Below are positions 25,525 to 33,397 of a stretch of DNA of 50,301 nucleotides, in pieces. The stretch's first letter is position 1. Every line of letters starts with the position of its first letter. The notes beneath the pieces are model-generated. The model did no database searches. It saw only the letters and a list, made by a program, of their open reading frames with translations, and was not told the DNA's origin. This stretch comes from Candidatus Uhrbacteria bacterium (lineage in GTDB: Bacteria; Patescibacteriota; Patescibacteriia; UBA9934; GWF2-40-263): contig JABITQ010000043.1 of the NCBI GenBank assembly GCA_018700535.1, positions 1 to 50,301 of the forward strand, given 5' to 3'. Made by a program: the position numbers and the translations under genes.

Positions 25525-25618
25525 GTAACACCTCTCAGTCACAAGGAAACGTGACAAGAGAAGATGTCATATTTTAGCCATTTTGTCAATGCTAAAAGTA
25601 GGATTGGTTCATTCAAAC

Positions 25619-25739
25619 AAAAAACTTCATATCGGATGAGATACGCCGTGCTGGAGCCAAAAAATTGATGAGTCGACCCTGCTGGTCGGTGAGTCAATTT
25701 TTTGGCGAAGCACAAGCAGATCGCCGATATGAAGTTTTT
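25619..25739. repeat. copy A of a ~122-nt rod-shaped structured element (partner at 34385-34508, opposite orientation)
   Basis: P1 25621-35/25724-38, P2 gtgct/agcac, P3 22-bp hairpin with tandem G.A. Junction sequences are identical to copy B while the P1 and P2 sequences differ but stay complementary. Confidence 0.75.
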
Positions 25740-26131
25740 TGGTGGAGCTGGGGAGAATCGAACTCCCGTCTGGTAAGTCTTTACAAAATGACGTTTCCAA
25801 GCGCATTCATGCTTGTTTACGTTGTGCGCTCAATGCATGAACAAATACGCACAGCGTTGTCGATCTGCAATCTTATGTAGGAGAGATCGACGACCTCATA
25901 CACCAGCTCGAATTATGACATTCGGATCAAAGCTATCGAGCGTTGCTAAGTCGAATGGTTCTCAAACCCTTAGGCGAGAACAGGAGCGAGAGCAGGAACA
26001 CTGAACGCATTCTTGATCTTCGCCATGACGTTGTTTGCAGTTGTAGTCTTGCGCTGAGGGATTTACGAGTGGCAGCACCCACTCGGCTTGATCATAGATG
26101 TAAGTGGCCCCCATCGATACCGATCAGCCCC
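25740..26131 (-). ncRNA. ssrA: tmRNA (SsrA), one-piece
   Basis: 5' GGGGCTGATCGGTATCGATGGGGG..., 3' ...CGGGAGTTCGATTCTCCCCAGCTCCACCA. Internal tag frame GCAAACAAC...GTTCTCGCCTAA (25970-26038) reads ANNVMAKIKNAFSVPALAPVLA*. Confidence 0.92.
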
Positions 26132-26135
26132 ATAT

Positions 26136-26261
26136 CCAGGATCCGACCAGTTGGCACACTGCTTCGTCACGATTCAATTTTTTTGTTCGATGTACTTTTG
26201 GGTACACCTCACAAAAAAATGGAATCGTTCCTCGCATTGCACTCAACTGGTCGAATCCTGG
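26136..26261 (-). other. 126-nt long hairpin forming the 5' leader of the tmRNA precursor
   Basis: ccaggatccgaccagttg (26136-53) pairs with caactggtcgaatcctgg (26244-61); the single mismatch is G.U only on the minus strand. Inner 16-bp A-run/T-run helix 26169-84/26213-28. Confidence 0.6.
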
Positions 26262-26287
26262 TTTCGTTAGAGATTTCTAACTGGGGA

Positions 26288-26316
26288 ACTATACTAAAAA
26301 ATAGCGTGATTGTCAA
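26288..26316 (-). promoter_or_regulatory. promoter TTGACA-N17-TATAGT, probable ssrA promoter
   Basis: TTGACAatcacgctattttttagTATAGT on the minus strand, ~150 nt upstream of the mature tmRNA 5' end. Confidence 0.6.
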
Positions 26317-26346
26317 CCGATCCACAGGCTTAAAAGTGGGTTGTTG

Positions 26347-26355
26347 TGCTATAAT
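26347..26355 (+). promoter_or_regulatory. extended -10 promoter (TGcTATAAT) 9 nt before ATG 26365 (leaderless candidate)
   Basis: TGCTATAAT-ttggtcatt-ATG. No SD possible. Confidence 0.5.
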
Positions 26356-26364
26356 TTGGTCATT

Positions 26365-27387
26365 ATGAAGCCACCACAATCCGTTAGTATTTCGACGTCT
26401 ACGTTTATGAAAGCCGTGCTTATTGTGCTCGGTCTTTGGTTCCTATGGTTTGTTCGTGATGTTGTTGCGATTTTGGTTGTGGCGGTGTTGCTTGCGGCTT
26501 TGATTGATCCGTTTGCGGATTGGTTTGAGAAGCGTCGGATTCCGCGTGGGATTGCTGTGTTAATTGTTTACACAATTTTGATCGCGATTTCTTCTGTTGT
26601 GTTGATCATGCTTACGCCGGTTGTGGTTGAGCAGAGTGCGCAGCTGGTGGGGAATCTTGGTGGTTATTATGACGAGGCCTCAGACTCGTTTGGGCGCTTT
26701 GAGCAATTCTCAGAGAACCACGGTTTGTCTGAAAACTTAGCACTCTCTATTCAGTCAATTCAAGATTCGTTCTCAACGTCTTTTGATTCTGTCTTCACAA
26801 CAGTAAAAGGATTCTTTGGTGGAATCGCAGCACTCTTCATTATTTTAGTCCTCGCGTTCTACATGGTTGTTGAGGAGGATGCCGTGCGAAAATATTTTCA
26901 AAGCCTTGCTCCGCCTGAGTACCAGCCGTACTTATCGCACATGGCAAAAAAGATGAAGAACAAAATGGGTGCGTGGCTGCGTGGTCAGCTTGTACTTGGT
27001 TTGGTTGTGGGTGTTGCTGTTTACATTGGACTCAAGTTGCTCGGGATCAACTACGCGCTCTTGCTCGCACTGATGGCAGGTCTCTTCGAGGTTGTGCCTT
27101 ATGTGGGGCCAGTTATCTCGTTGTTCCCTGCATCGATTATTGGATTCGCTCAGTCACCGCTACTTGGTGTGGCTGTGATCGTGCTTTATCTGATTATTCA
27201 GCAAATTGAGAACAACGTGCTCGTACCAAAGATCATGCAAAAGGCTACAGGGCTTAATCCAATTATCAGCATCCTTGCGTTGCTTATCGGAATCAAAGTT
27301 GCGGGAGTTGTTGGTGCGATCATTTCTATTCCACTCGCGACAATGGGAGTTGTATTACTAGAAGATTTGTTTAAAGACGTTGGATAA
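26365..27387 (+). CDS. AI-2E family transporter (PerM/UPF0118)
   Basis: 8 TM segments. VRDVVAILVVAVLLAALIDPFADWFEKRRIPRGIAVLIVY and C-terminal LNPIISILALLIG match the family layout. Start at MKPPQ. Confidence 0.8.
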   Translation: MKPPQSVSISTSTFMKAVLIVLGLWFLWFVRDVVAILVVAVLLAALIDPFADWFEKRRIPRGIAVLIVYTILIAISSVVLIMLTPVVVEQSAQLVGNLGGYYDEASDSFGRFEQFSENHGLSENLALSIQSIQDSFSTSFDSVFTTVKGFFGGIAALFIILVLAFYMVVEEDAVRKYFQSLAPPEYQPYLSHMAKKMKNKMGAWLRGQLVLGLVVGVAVYIGLKLLGINYALLLALMAGLFEVVPYVGPVISLFPASIIGFAQSPLLGVAVIVLYLIIQQIENNVLVPKIMQKATGLNPIISILALLIGIKVAGVVGAIISIPLATMGVVLLEDLFKDVG

Positions 27388-27389
27388 TT

Positions 27390-27818
27390 ATGCGCTACTA
27401 TCATCGACATTCATTTTTCCCTCTCGTTATTATTTTGCTTACGCTTGGACTAATCCTCTTCATGTTTTATGCGTTCTCGTATCAAGAGGTTGAGGATACG
27501 CCGCGTAGCAGCACAAGCAACGAGGTAGAAGTTATTGACGCAGACAGTTACAGAGAAGAGGTTGCATACATGCTTGCTGTGTTTGAGGAGGATTTTGACG
27601 CAGCGTCAGATGATCTTTCAAAGCTTGTTTCGGCAGAAGATCTATTGGCAAGCTTGCTTGAGTTGACTGTGCCATCAGAATACAAAGTGTTGCACCTCGA
27701 GCTTGCCGTTGTGATGAACAAGATCCAGGTCTCGTTACGCAGCTCCGACAGGTCTCTTGATGAGCCGGTAAGTGCGCTTGAGCAACTCAAGTTGCAATAC
27801 CCTTGGTTAGAGAACTAG
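27390..27818 (+). CDS. hypothetical membrane-anchored protein
   Basis: N-terminal TM FFPLVIILLTLGLILFMFYAF, then an acidic helical domain. Tightly packed in the operon. Confidence 0.55.
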   Translation: MRYYHRHSFFPLVIILLTLGLILFMFYAFSYQEVEDTPRSSTSNEVEVIDADSYREEVAYMLAVFEEDFDAASDDLSKLVSAEDLLASLLELTVPSEYKVLHLELAVVMNKIQVSLRSSDRSLDEPVSALEQLKLQYPWLEN

Positions 27819-27821
27819 TCT

Positions 27822-28574
27822 ATGGCACGTATCGAAAAAAAGTCTGATGTTAAAGACGAGATTAAAAAAATGAAAGGTGAAGTGGTAAAGGAAGTGCGTC
27901 GCGGTACAAAGACTCGTCGACCAAAGCTTACTTGCGCGTTTACATCACTTGCGTTTGTGGCGGCATCAATTGCTTGGCTACTTTGGATTGTTGCTGGGAC
28001 AGGCATGATGCACATCCCGCTTTTTTCACAACTTGCTTACAGCGTTCCTGCTCCAGAGCGAGTCGTAGACGCAGGCGTTCCTTTTGAACAGGTGGTTGAT
28101 GAACAGCTCTCAACAACACTTACCTCACGCCTTCAGGCGGGGGGTGGAGCGCTTGATGAGCAACAGATTTCATTGAGCATTGGTGAAGATTCACTTACGT
28201 CCAGCTTTCGATCATCTCTCGAAGAATTAAACCTTGAGCTTGTTGACTCCAGCGGCGCACAGGTTATGGTGGTCGCCGACAAGGGGTTTCAGTTGTTTCT
28301 ACCCATCAAAGGATCTGCAAAAGAGACAGCCTTACAGGTATCTATTTGGGCAGAGGTAGACAATGGAACAATTCGTCTCGAGCTCGGAGAAGTGCAGTTA
28401 GGGGATGTGGGCTTGCCTGCGTTCATGGTTGCATCACTGTTAAGTCCAATGATTCAGCAATACGTAAACGAGTTAAACACGGCGATCTCTGCGTATGCAG
28501 AGGTGACAGAGCTTGAATACTTGGATGGTCGTGTTGATATTGCCGGAGTCTTTTCTGTAGAAATTCTTGAATAG
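27822..28574 (+). CDS. hypothetical membrane-anchored protein
   Basis: Basic N-terminus, TM FTSLAFVAASIAWLLWIVAG, extracytoplasmic domain of unknown family. Confidence 0.55.
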   Translation: MARIEKKSDVKDEIKKMKGEVVKEVRRGTKTRRPKLTCAFTSLAFVAASIAWLLWIVAGTGMMHIPLFSQLAYSVPAPERVVDAGVPFEQVVDEQLSTTLTSRLQAGGGALDEQQISLSIGEDSLTSSFRSSLEELNLELVDSSGAQVMVVADKGFQLFLPIKGSAKETALQVSIWAEVDNGTIRLELGEVQLGDVGLPAFMVASLLSPMIQQYVNELNTAISAYAEVTELEYLDGRVDIAGVFSVEILE

Positions 28575-28576
28575 TT

Positions 28577-29341
28577 ATGTTGGTTCTCTATCGTCTCACT
28601 TCTGTTTTTGTTGCACTTACTACCATTGCTGCTTTTGCACTGATGGTTTTTGAGACAAGTGTTCCATTGCTCGTGCTAGGACTCTCGTTAGTACTGGTTG
28701 TATTGCTGATTGGTCGTCTCTTACGTTTTCAGTTCAGAACCTTCCAATTTTGGCACCTGCTTGCGACACCAGCTTTGTTTCTTACATCCAGTTACGCATT
28801 TCTGTTTTTTCTAGAACAGTCCTACGCACTTGCGCTTCTTGGTGTGCTCACTGTATTGCTACTGACATTGTTTGTTGAGTATGTGTTTACCTACATTCAC
28901 CTACCAACAATGTACCAACCGTTCTCTATTGAGCATCTAGGTTTGCTAATGAACATCCTTACCTTGTTCTTCTTGAGCTCAGTTGGCTTTGGTCTTAGGT
29001 TGTTCTTGCAGGCTCCGCTGTGGATTCTGGGTGTTATCTTTTTCCTATTGTCTTGGTATGTGGTGTACGGAACGCTTTGGGCAAGTAAGGTGGAGGATCA
29101 TCGCGCAAAGCCTTATGCGATTGCCGGTGCGATATTGACGACAGAGTTGTTCGTGGCGATCTCTTTTTTGCCTAGTGGTTTTTATACAAATGCTGCATTC
29201 GTTGCATTAACGTTTTACATCTTTCTTGGGCTTACTCGCGCGAGTGCGCTTCATCGACTTAACAAAACCATCACACGTCGCTATCTCATGATCTTTGGGA
29301 TTCTCGTTGCGGCGATTGTGCTGACTTCACAGTGGCTATGA
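28577..29341 (+). CDS. polytopic membrane protein, unknown function
   Basis: About 8 hydrophobic segments. 3-nt gap to the upstream gene. Confidence 0.55.
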   Translation: MLVLYRLTSVFVALTTIAAFALMVFETSVPLLVLGLSLVLVVLLIGRLLRFQFRTFQFWHLLATPALFLTSSYAFLFFLEQSYALALLGVLTVLLLTLFVEYVFTYIHLPTMYQPFSIEHLGLLMNILTLFFLSSVGFGLRLFLQAPLWILGVIFFLLSWYVVYGTLWASKVEDHRAKPYAIAGAILTTELFVAISFLPSGFYTNAAFVALTFYIFLGLTRASALHRLNKTITRRYLMIFGILVAAIVLTSQWL

Positions 29342-30405
29342 GTGATTCATTCAAACAACTTATTCGCATCATCGTTGTCTCGACGATTGTTGGAGCTGCT
29401 AGCGGAACCTTTTGGGCTGCGCTCACGACAACACATTTGTCCGACTACGCATTAGAGCTCGGCAGACTTGCAGAGCCACTTCGTATTGCAGAAGAGCGTC
29501 CACGTGCGTTCCCATCAAGTTATGAAGAAGCTTTGGATCAGCTTGCAGAAGAAGTCTTGCCAGCGGTTGCAATGCTCACCACAGCACGAGATGCTGAGGT
29601 GGTGAGTTTGTACGATGAGCGTTTTGAGCCAGCACTTGTTTTGACGTCAGATGGATGGATGCTGTCGCTAGACGACTCAGCTCAGGTGCAACGTGCGGTT
29701 ACAACCAATGGTGTGTGTGAGGCTGTGCTGCGCGAGCAGGATGCGCTCACAGGTGCTGTGTTCTACCGTTGCGATGACCAGTCTCTTCCTGTTGTGGCAT
29801 TTGGATCTGGATTTGATGTAGAGGTCGGTGAGCAGCTTTTTGTTGTCGGCGCATCTGACAACATTATTCACAGTGAGGTTGTTCAGGTGTCATGGGGTGT
29901 AGACGCATCTGTTTCTTCAGATAAGCCTTCAAGACGCATTATCCTTTCTACTTCTGCTGTTTCACAGGTTGGGGCTGGTGTGTTTGATCTTTCGTCAAAA
30001 CTTGTGGGGATTGTAGAAGGCGTTACCCCTACAGGTGTGAGTGTTCTCCCAATCGATTCTGTTCTCGCTGGGTTTAACAGTTTGCTAAAAAACGACGAGT
30101 TTAGTCGCGCATCGCTTGGAGTGAATGCTGTAAACCTTTCAACCTCTCTTGTTCCTGATGTCTTGGGTATTCCACGTTCATATGGTGCGCTTTTGTATGG
30201 CGCGGGTGCAGTTGAATTTGGATCAGCTGCTGCGGATGCTGGGTTGCTACGGGGAGACATTATTTTATCTATTGATCACAACGACATAAACGCATCGCGC
30301 TCACTCGACGAACGTCTTCTTGATTACCAACCGCTCGATGAGGTCGTCCTCATGATTGAGCGTGATGGTGAAGAGATAGAGGTTGCTGTTACATTGGGGG
30401 AGTGA
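29338..30405 (+). CDS. HtrA-like trypsin-fold + PDZ protein lacking the catalytic His and Ser
   Basis: ATGA overlap with the upstream stop. TM anchor. GAGVFDLSSKLVGIVEG stands where GNSGGP...G.VIGIN is expected. C-terminal PDZ-like (GLLRGDIILSIDHNDI...VVLMIERDGEEIEVAVTLG). Confidence 0.6.
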   Translation: MSDSFKQLIRIIVVSTIVGAASGTFWAALTTTHLSDYALELGRLAEPLRIAEERPRAFPSSYEEALDQLAEEVLPAVAMLTTARDAEVVSLYDERFEPALVLTSDGWMLSLDDSAQVQRAVTTNGVCEAVLREQDALTGAVFYRCDDQSLPVVAFGSGFDVEVGEQLFVVGASDNIIHSEVVQVSWGVDASVSSDKPSRRIILSTSAVSQVGAGVFDLSSKLVGIVEGVTPTGVSVLPIDSVLAGFNSLLKNDEFSRASLGVNAVNLSTSLVPDVLGIPRSYGALLYGAGAVEFGSAAADAGLLRGDIILSIDHNDINASRSLDERLLDYQPLDEVVLMIERDGEEIEVAVTLGE

Positions 30406-30428
30406 TGAGGTATACTTAAAGAGGAAAT

Positions 30429-31073
30429 ATGGCACAACCAAATTACACAAAAATTTTGTTAAACGGATGGCAGTCCATTGTAATGTTTGGACTTCTTGGA
30501 TTAGTGCTCGCGCTGATCATTTCGTTTGTGCAACCACTCAAGTATTCATCAACCGCGCGTCTGCTTATTTTGCAGGATGTCGGAACATCGGTTGATGCGT
30601 ATACAGCCAGTCGGTCAGAGGAGCGTATTGCAGATAATCTTTCGACGATTATTTACACCAGTACGTTTTTTGACCAAGTGTTAAATTCTGGTTTTAGTAT
30701 TAGCGAGAGTCAGTTTCCAGAAAACGATTCTAAGCGTCGAAGGGCGTGGGGTAAGACAGTAAAGGCAAGTGTGAACCGTGGGTCTGGGCTTTTGAGTATT
30801 ACTGCGTATCATCAAGATGTGCGTGTGGCCGAGCAGTTAGTTCGCGCGATCGCTTTTGTGCTTACTGACAGAGTGGGGGAGTATACGTCTGGTGGATCGG
30901 TGTCCGTTCAGTTGGTGGATGAGCCACTTAGCTCACGATGGCCGGTTAAACCGAATATTATTGCAAACATCCTTTCAGGCTTTATTCTTGGGGCTTTTGT
31001 AGGTATTGGGTACGTTTTGGTGCAAACAGAGCGGATTCGCCGGAGGCATCAACTTATTCACGAAGATTTTTAA
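30429..31073 (+). CDS. Wzz-like polysaccharide chain-length determinant domain protein
   Basis: YTKILLNGWQSIVMFGLLGLVLALIISFVQPLKYSSTARLLI (Wzz N-terminus) and a second TM at the C-terminus. AGAGGA SD. Confidence 0.65.
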   Translation: MAQPNYTKILLNGWQSIVMFGLLGLVLALIISFVQPLKYSSTARLLILQDVGTSVDAYTASRSEERIADNLSTIIYTSTFFDQVLNSGFSISESQFPENDSKRRRAWGKTVKASVNRGSGLLSITAYHQDVRVAEQLVRAIAFVLTDRVGEYTSGGSVSVQLVDEPLSSRWPVKPNIIANILSGFILGAFVGIGYVLVQTERIRRRHQLIHEDF

Positions 31074-31171
31074 AACAAAAAACCCTGCTTAAAGGGCAAG
31101 AAAGTTTCAGGTCGACGCGAGGAGGAGACGCGACGAACGATTCTTTCAAGCCCTTGAAACAGGCTTTAGTC

Positions 31172-31200
31172 AAAAACGCCAATTGGGCGTTTTTTTGTTT
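31172..31200 (+). terminator. intrinsic terminator ending the 26365-31073 operon
   Basis: acgcc/ggcgt stem followed by T7GTTT. Confidence 0.65.
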
Positions 31201-31319
31201 AATCCTCTTGGAAGAACTAACCGGCGAAAGAATAACAGATGCCTAAATATGGGTCAAGAACAAGGTGTTTTTGCTTATAAATAGGGGGATTTAACCAGTT
31301 GAGTGTGATCTTGTTGCTA

Positions 31320-31348
31320 TTGACAAATATGAGAAATCGTGGTAGCTT
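31320..31348 (+). promoter_or_regulatory. promoter TTGACA-N17-TAGCTT
   Basis: TTGACAaatatgagaaatcgtggTAGCTT, followed by a ~290-nt leader with a 13-bp hairpin caccctgtcgggg/ccccgacagggtg. Confidence 0.55.
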
Positions 31349-31644
31349 GCTTCGTCGATGACCTGAGCGATTGGTCAGATGACAAGCGAAATGTCTGCGT
31401 ATTTAAGCGGTTCAATGTATCAACAATGCATCTCCTCCTTGCCTTGTTTGAGACGTTGGACCACTTGAGTCCGCGGACAGAACCTAGTGCTGAATATATT
31501 AAGTGCTGAGTTCTGACTGCGGCAAAAACCAAAGTCAACCATCGCACCCTGTCGGGGGCGGTGTAGTTGCGGGGACAATGTCGTCCACGTAACGCCTCTA
31601 CCCCGACAGGGTGGAGTTTCAAGACCCACCCAACGGAGTAACTG

Positions 31645-33063
31645 ATGCGAATCATCGCACTGGCCATCGCGGCCGCCTTTGTGAGTGCACCTGCCATGGC
31701 GGCGGATGCCAAGGAATGCCTGAAGCTGCCCGGAGCTGTCAATGGTGACGGCGACGCGTACTGCAGCAACATCCCCGCCGACATGGTCTACGACTCGGCG
31801 ACGAAGACCGACGGGTTCAAGCCCGACTGCGACGACACCGACAGCACCATTTTCCCCGGTGCCAAGGAGGTCTACGGCGACGCCATCGACCAGGACTGCA
31901 ATGGCAGCGACGCTGAGCTCTCGGTCTCCGGACCGACACTCAGCCGCTGGCAGAGTGGGCCGGCCTACAGTGGCCGGACCTGGAGCGACAGTGTCTTCGA
32001 GACCGAGCGCGCACGCTGCGAAGCTGCCGCTGAGATGTGTGAGAACGATGATGCTCACGGTGAGCACGACCTGAGTCAGGGCTACCTGATGGTGGACCTG
32101 ATTCACGGCATCGCCCCCGCTGAGATCTTTGTCGGAAGCGTCCGCTTCGGACAGGATGGCATCCGTGAGGTTGTCAGCCTGGAGACGTGGGAATCCTACC
32201 GTCACCTTCGTGGAGCCAGCAGTGGCTCCCGTGGTCTCGGTCGCACCAGCGTCCAGAAGATGATCGCGGCTGACGCCGAGAAGCGTCAGCTCGAGCAGGA
32301 CAAGGTCGATGCGGCGCAGGACGCGAAGCTCGAGAGCCTCAAGAAGTTCGACGCAAAGATCGACAAAGATCTGGCCAAGGTCGAAAAGGAGCTCGGCGCG
32401 GCCCGAACGGACGGTACGGTGACGTACTCGTCCATCGGGGATCGGATGATGTCCCATGAGAACGCGTTCCAGAAGCTGGACGCCAAGCAGAGCAAGTTGG
32501 CGGCTCGGCAGAAGAGGAATGAAGGAGAGATCACCAAGAACACCGCGACCGCCCCCCTCGTTGAGGTGTATGCGATCGCAGGAACGGCCATGGGTCGTAC
32601 GGTCAATGCCGGTCGTCAGACTGTGCGGAAGCCGATGTCCTTGGGGGTTGGTGGAGGTGTGAACTTCGGTTCCGATCTCCCCGGCGGTCGTGCCAACATC
32701 TTCGTCGACACTTTTGTCGGTGGCGATGGCGGTGATGGCCCGGCCTTCAGCTGGTCTGGTGGTTTCGAAGGGATGCGTGATTTCGGCAACGACAATCACT
32801 TGGGTCTCTTCGGCAGCTACTCTGCTCGGTACTCCAACAGCGACAGCATGAACACGGCCGTTATCGGACGTCAGCTGCACATTGGTGTCGGTGGCGCCCG
32901 TGCCGTTTCGGGCAAAGACAATCGTCACCGTCTCGTGTTCGCACGTGCCGGAGTCGGTCCCGAAGTGGCAAGCATCGCCGGTATCGGTGGTGTTGGTGAC
33001 GATGTCGGCCTCTCTGGTCGCGTTGTCATCGGTGTCGGTGGCGGTGTTGGCGACCGCAACTGA
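31645..33063 (+). CDS. secreted protein: one MopE-type Cys/Asp motif, coiled coil, Gly-rich beta-type C-terminal region
   Basis: Signal peptide MRIIALAIAAAFVSAPAMA. CDDTDSTIFPGAKEVYGDAIDQDCNG. Preferred over antisense ORF 31420-33078, which has no signal, SD or motif. Confidence 0.7.
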   Translation: MRIIALAIAAAFVSAPAMAADAKECLKLPGAVNGDGDAYCSNIPADMVYDSATKTDGFKPDCDDTDSTIFPGAKEVYGDAIDQDCNGSDAELSVSGPTLSRWQSGPAYSGRTWSDSVFETERARCEAAAEMCENDDAHGEHDLSQGYLMVDLIHGIAPAEIFVGSVRFGQDGIREVVSLETWESYRHLRGASSGSRGLGRTSVQKMIAADAEKRQLEQDKVDAAQDAKLESLKKFDAKIDKDLAKVEKELGAARTDGTVTYSSIGDRMMSHENAFQKLDAKQSKLAARQKRNEGEITKNTATAPLVEVYAIAGTAMGRTVNAGRQTVRKPMSLGVGGGVNFGSDLPGGRANIFVDTFVGGDGGDGPAFSWSGGFEGMRDFGNDNHLGLFGSYSARYSNSDSMNTAVIGRQLHIGVGGARAVSGKDNRHRLVFARAGVGPEVASIAGIGGVGDDVGLSGRVVIGVGGGVGDRN

Positions 33064-33105
33064 TGGGTGGCTAGCCACAAACTACGAACGTGAACAAGAG
33101 GCTTA

Positions 33106-33166
33106 GATCCAACCAATCTCCTTCGGGAAATTGGTTGGATCGAGCCTCAACGCGTTGAGGGATTTT
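33106..33166 (+). terminator. tandem hairpin terminator
   Basis: gatccaaccaat/attggttggatc 12-bp stem, then cctcaac/gttgagg followed by GATTTT. Confidence 0.7.
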
Positions 33167-33224
33167 GCATGCTTGCAAGATCCCTTTTTTAGTTCCAACA
33201 GTTTTCGATACCCGTCTAAGAGGG

Positions 33225-33253
33225 TTGACAAAGAAGCAATTATGTGGTAGATT
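33225..33253 (+). promoter_or_regulatory. promoter TTGACA-N17-TAGATT
   Basis: TTGACAaagaagcaattatgtggTAGATT. ~135-nt leader with hairpin gagtcagaag/cttctgactc. Confidence 0.55.
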
Positions 33254-33397
33254 ACTCTCTCGTTCATTAAAACTAAACCCAATTTTGTTGAGTCAGAAGA
33301 CGCTTGTGTACGAGTATCTCGTGCGCAAACACCTTCTGACTCCAAGTGACAAATTCGTCATAACAGAGTTACACCCGCTCACCCCCGGAGACATCCA

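Noticed and set aside
25636-25705. Hammerhead-ribozyme reading of the two GAUGAG motifs in the two-copy element
   Set aside because: The core would need CUGANGA...GAAA around a three-way junction with a UH cleavage site. Here the motifs read GGAUGAG and UUGAUGAG (no C3), and the candidate GAA is followed by G. The tandem G.A inside a continuous helix explains the motif better.
25665-26368. Track ORFs 25665-25880, 25813-26004, 25943-26368 and 26088-26270
   Set aside because: They overlap the tmRNA gene, its hairpin leader and its promoter. Their translations are low-complexity with no supporting signals.
31420-33078. 552-aa minus-strand ORF, longer than the 472-aa plus-strand ORF it overlaps
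   Set aside because: The plus frame has a clear signal peptide, a MopE-type motif, an SD and a consensus promoter. The minus frame would start inside a terminator and end inside the plus-strand leader. Length alone is misleading in G+C-rich sequence.
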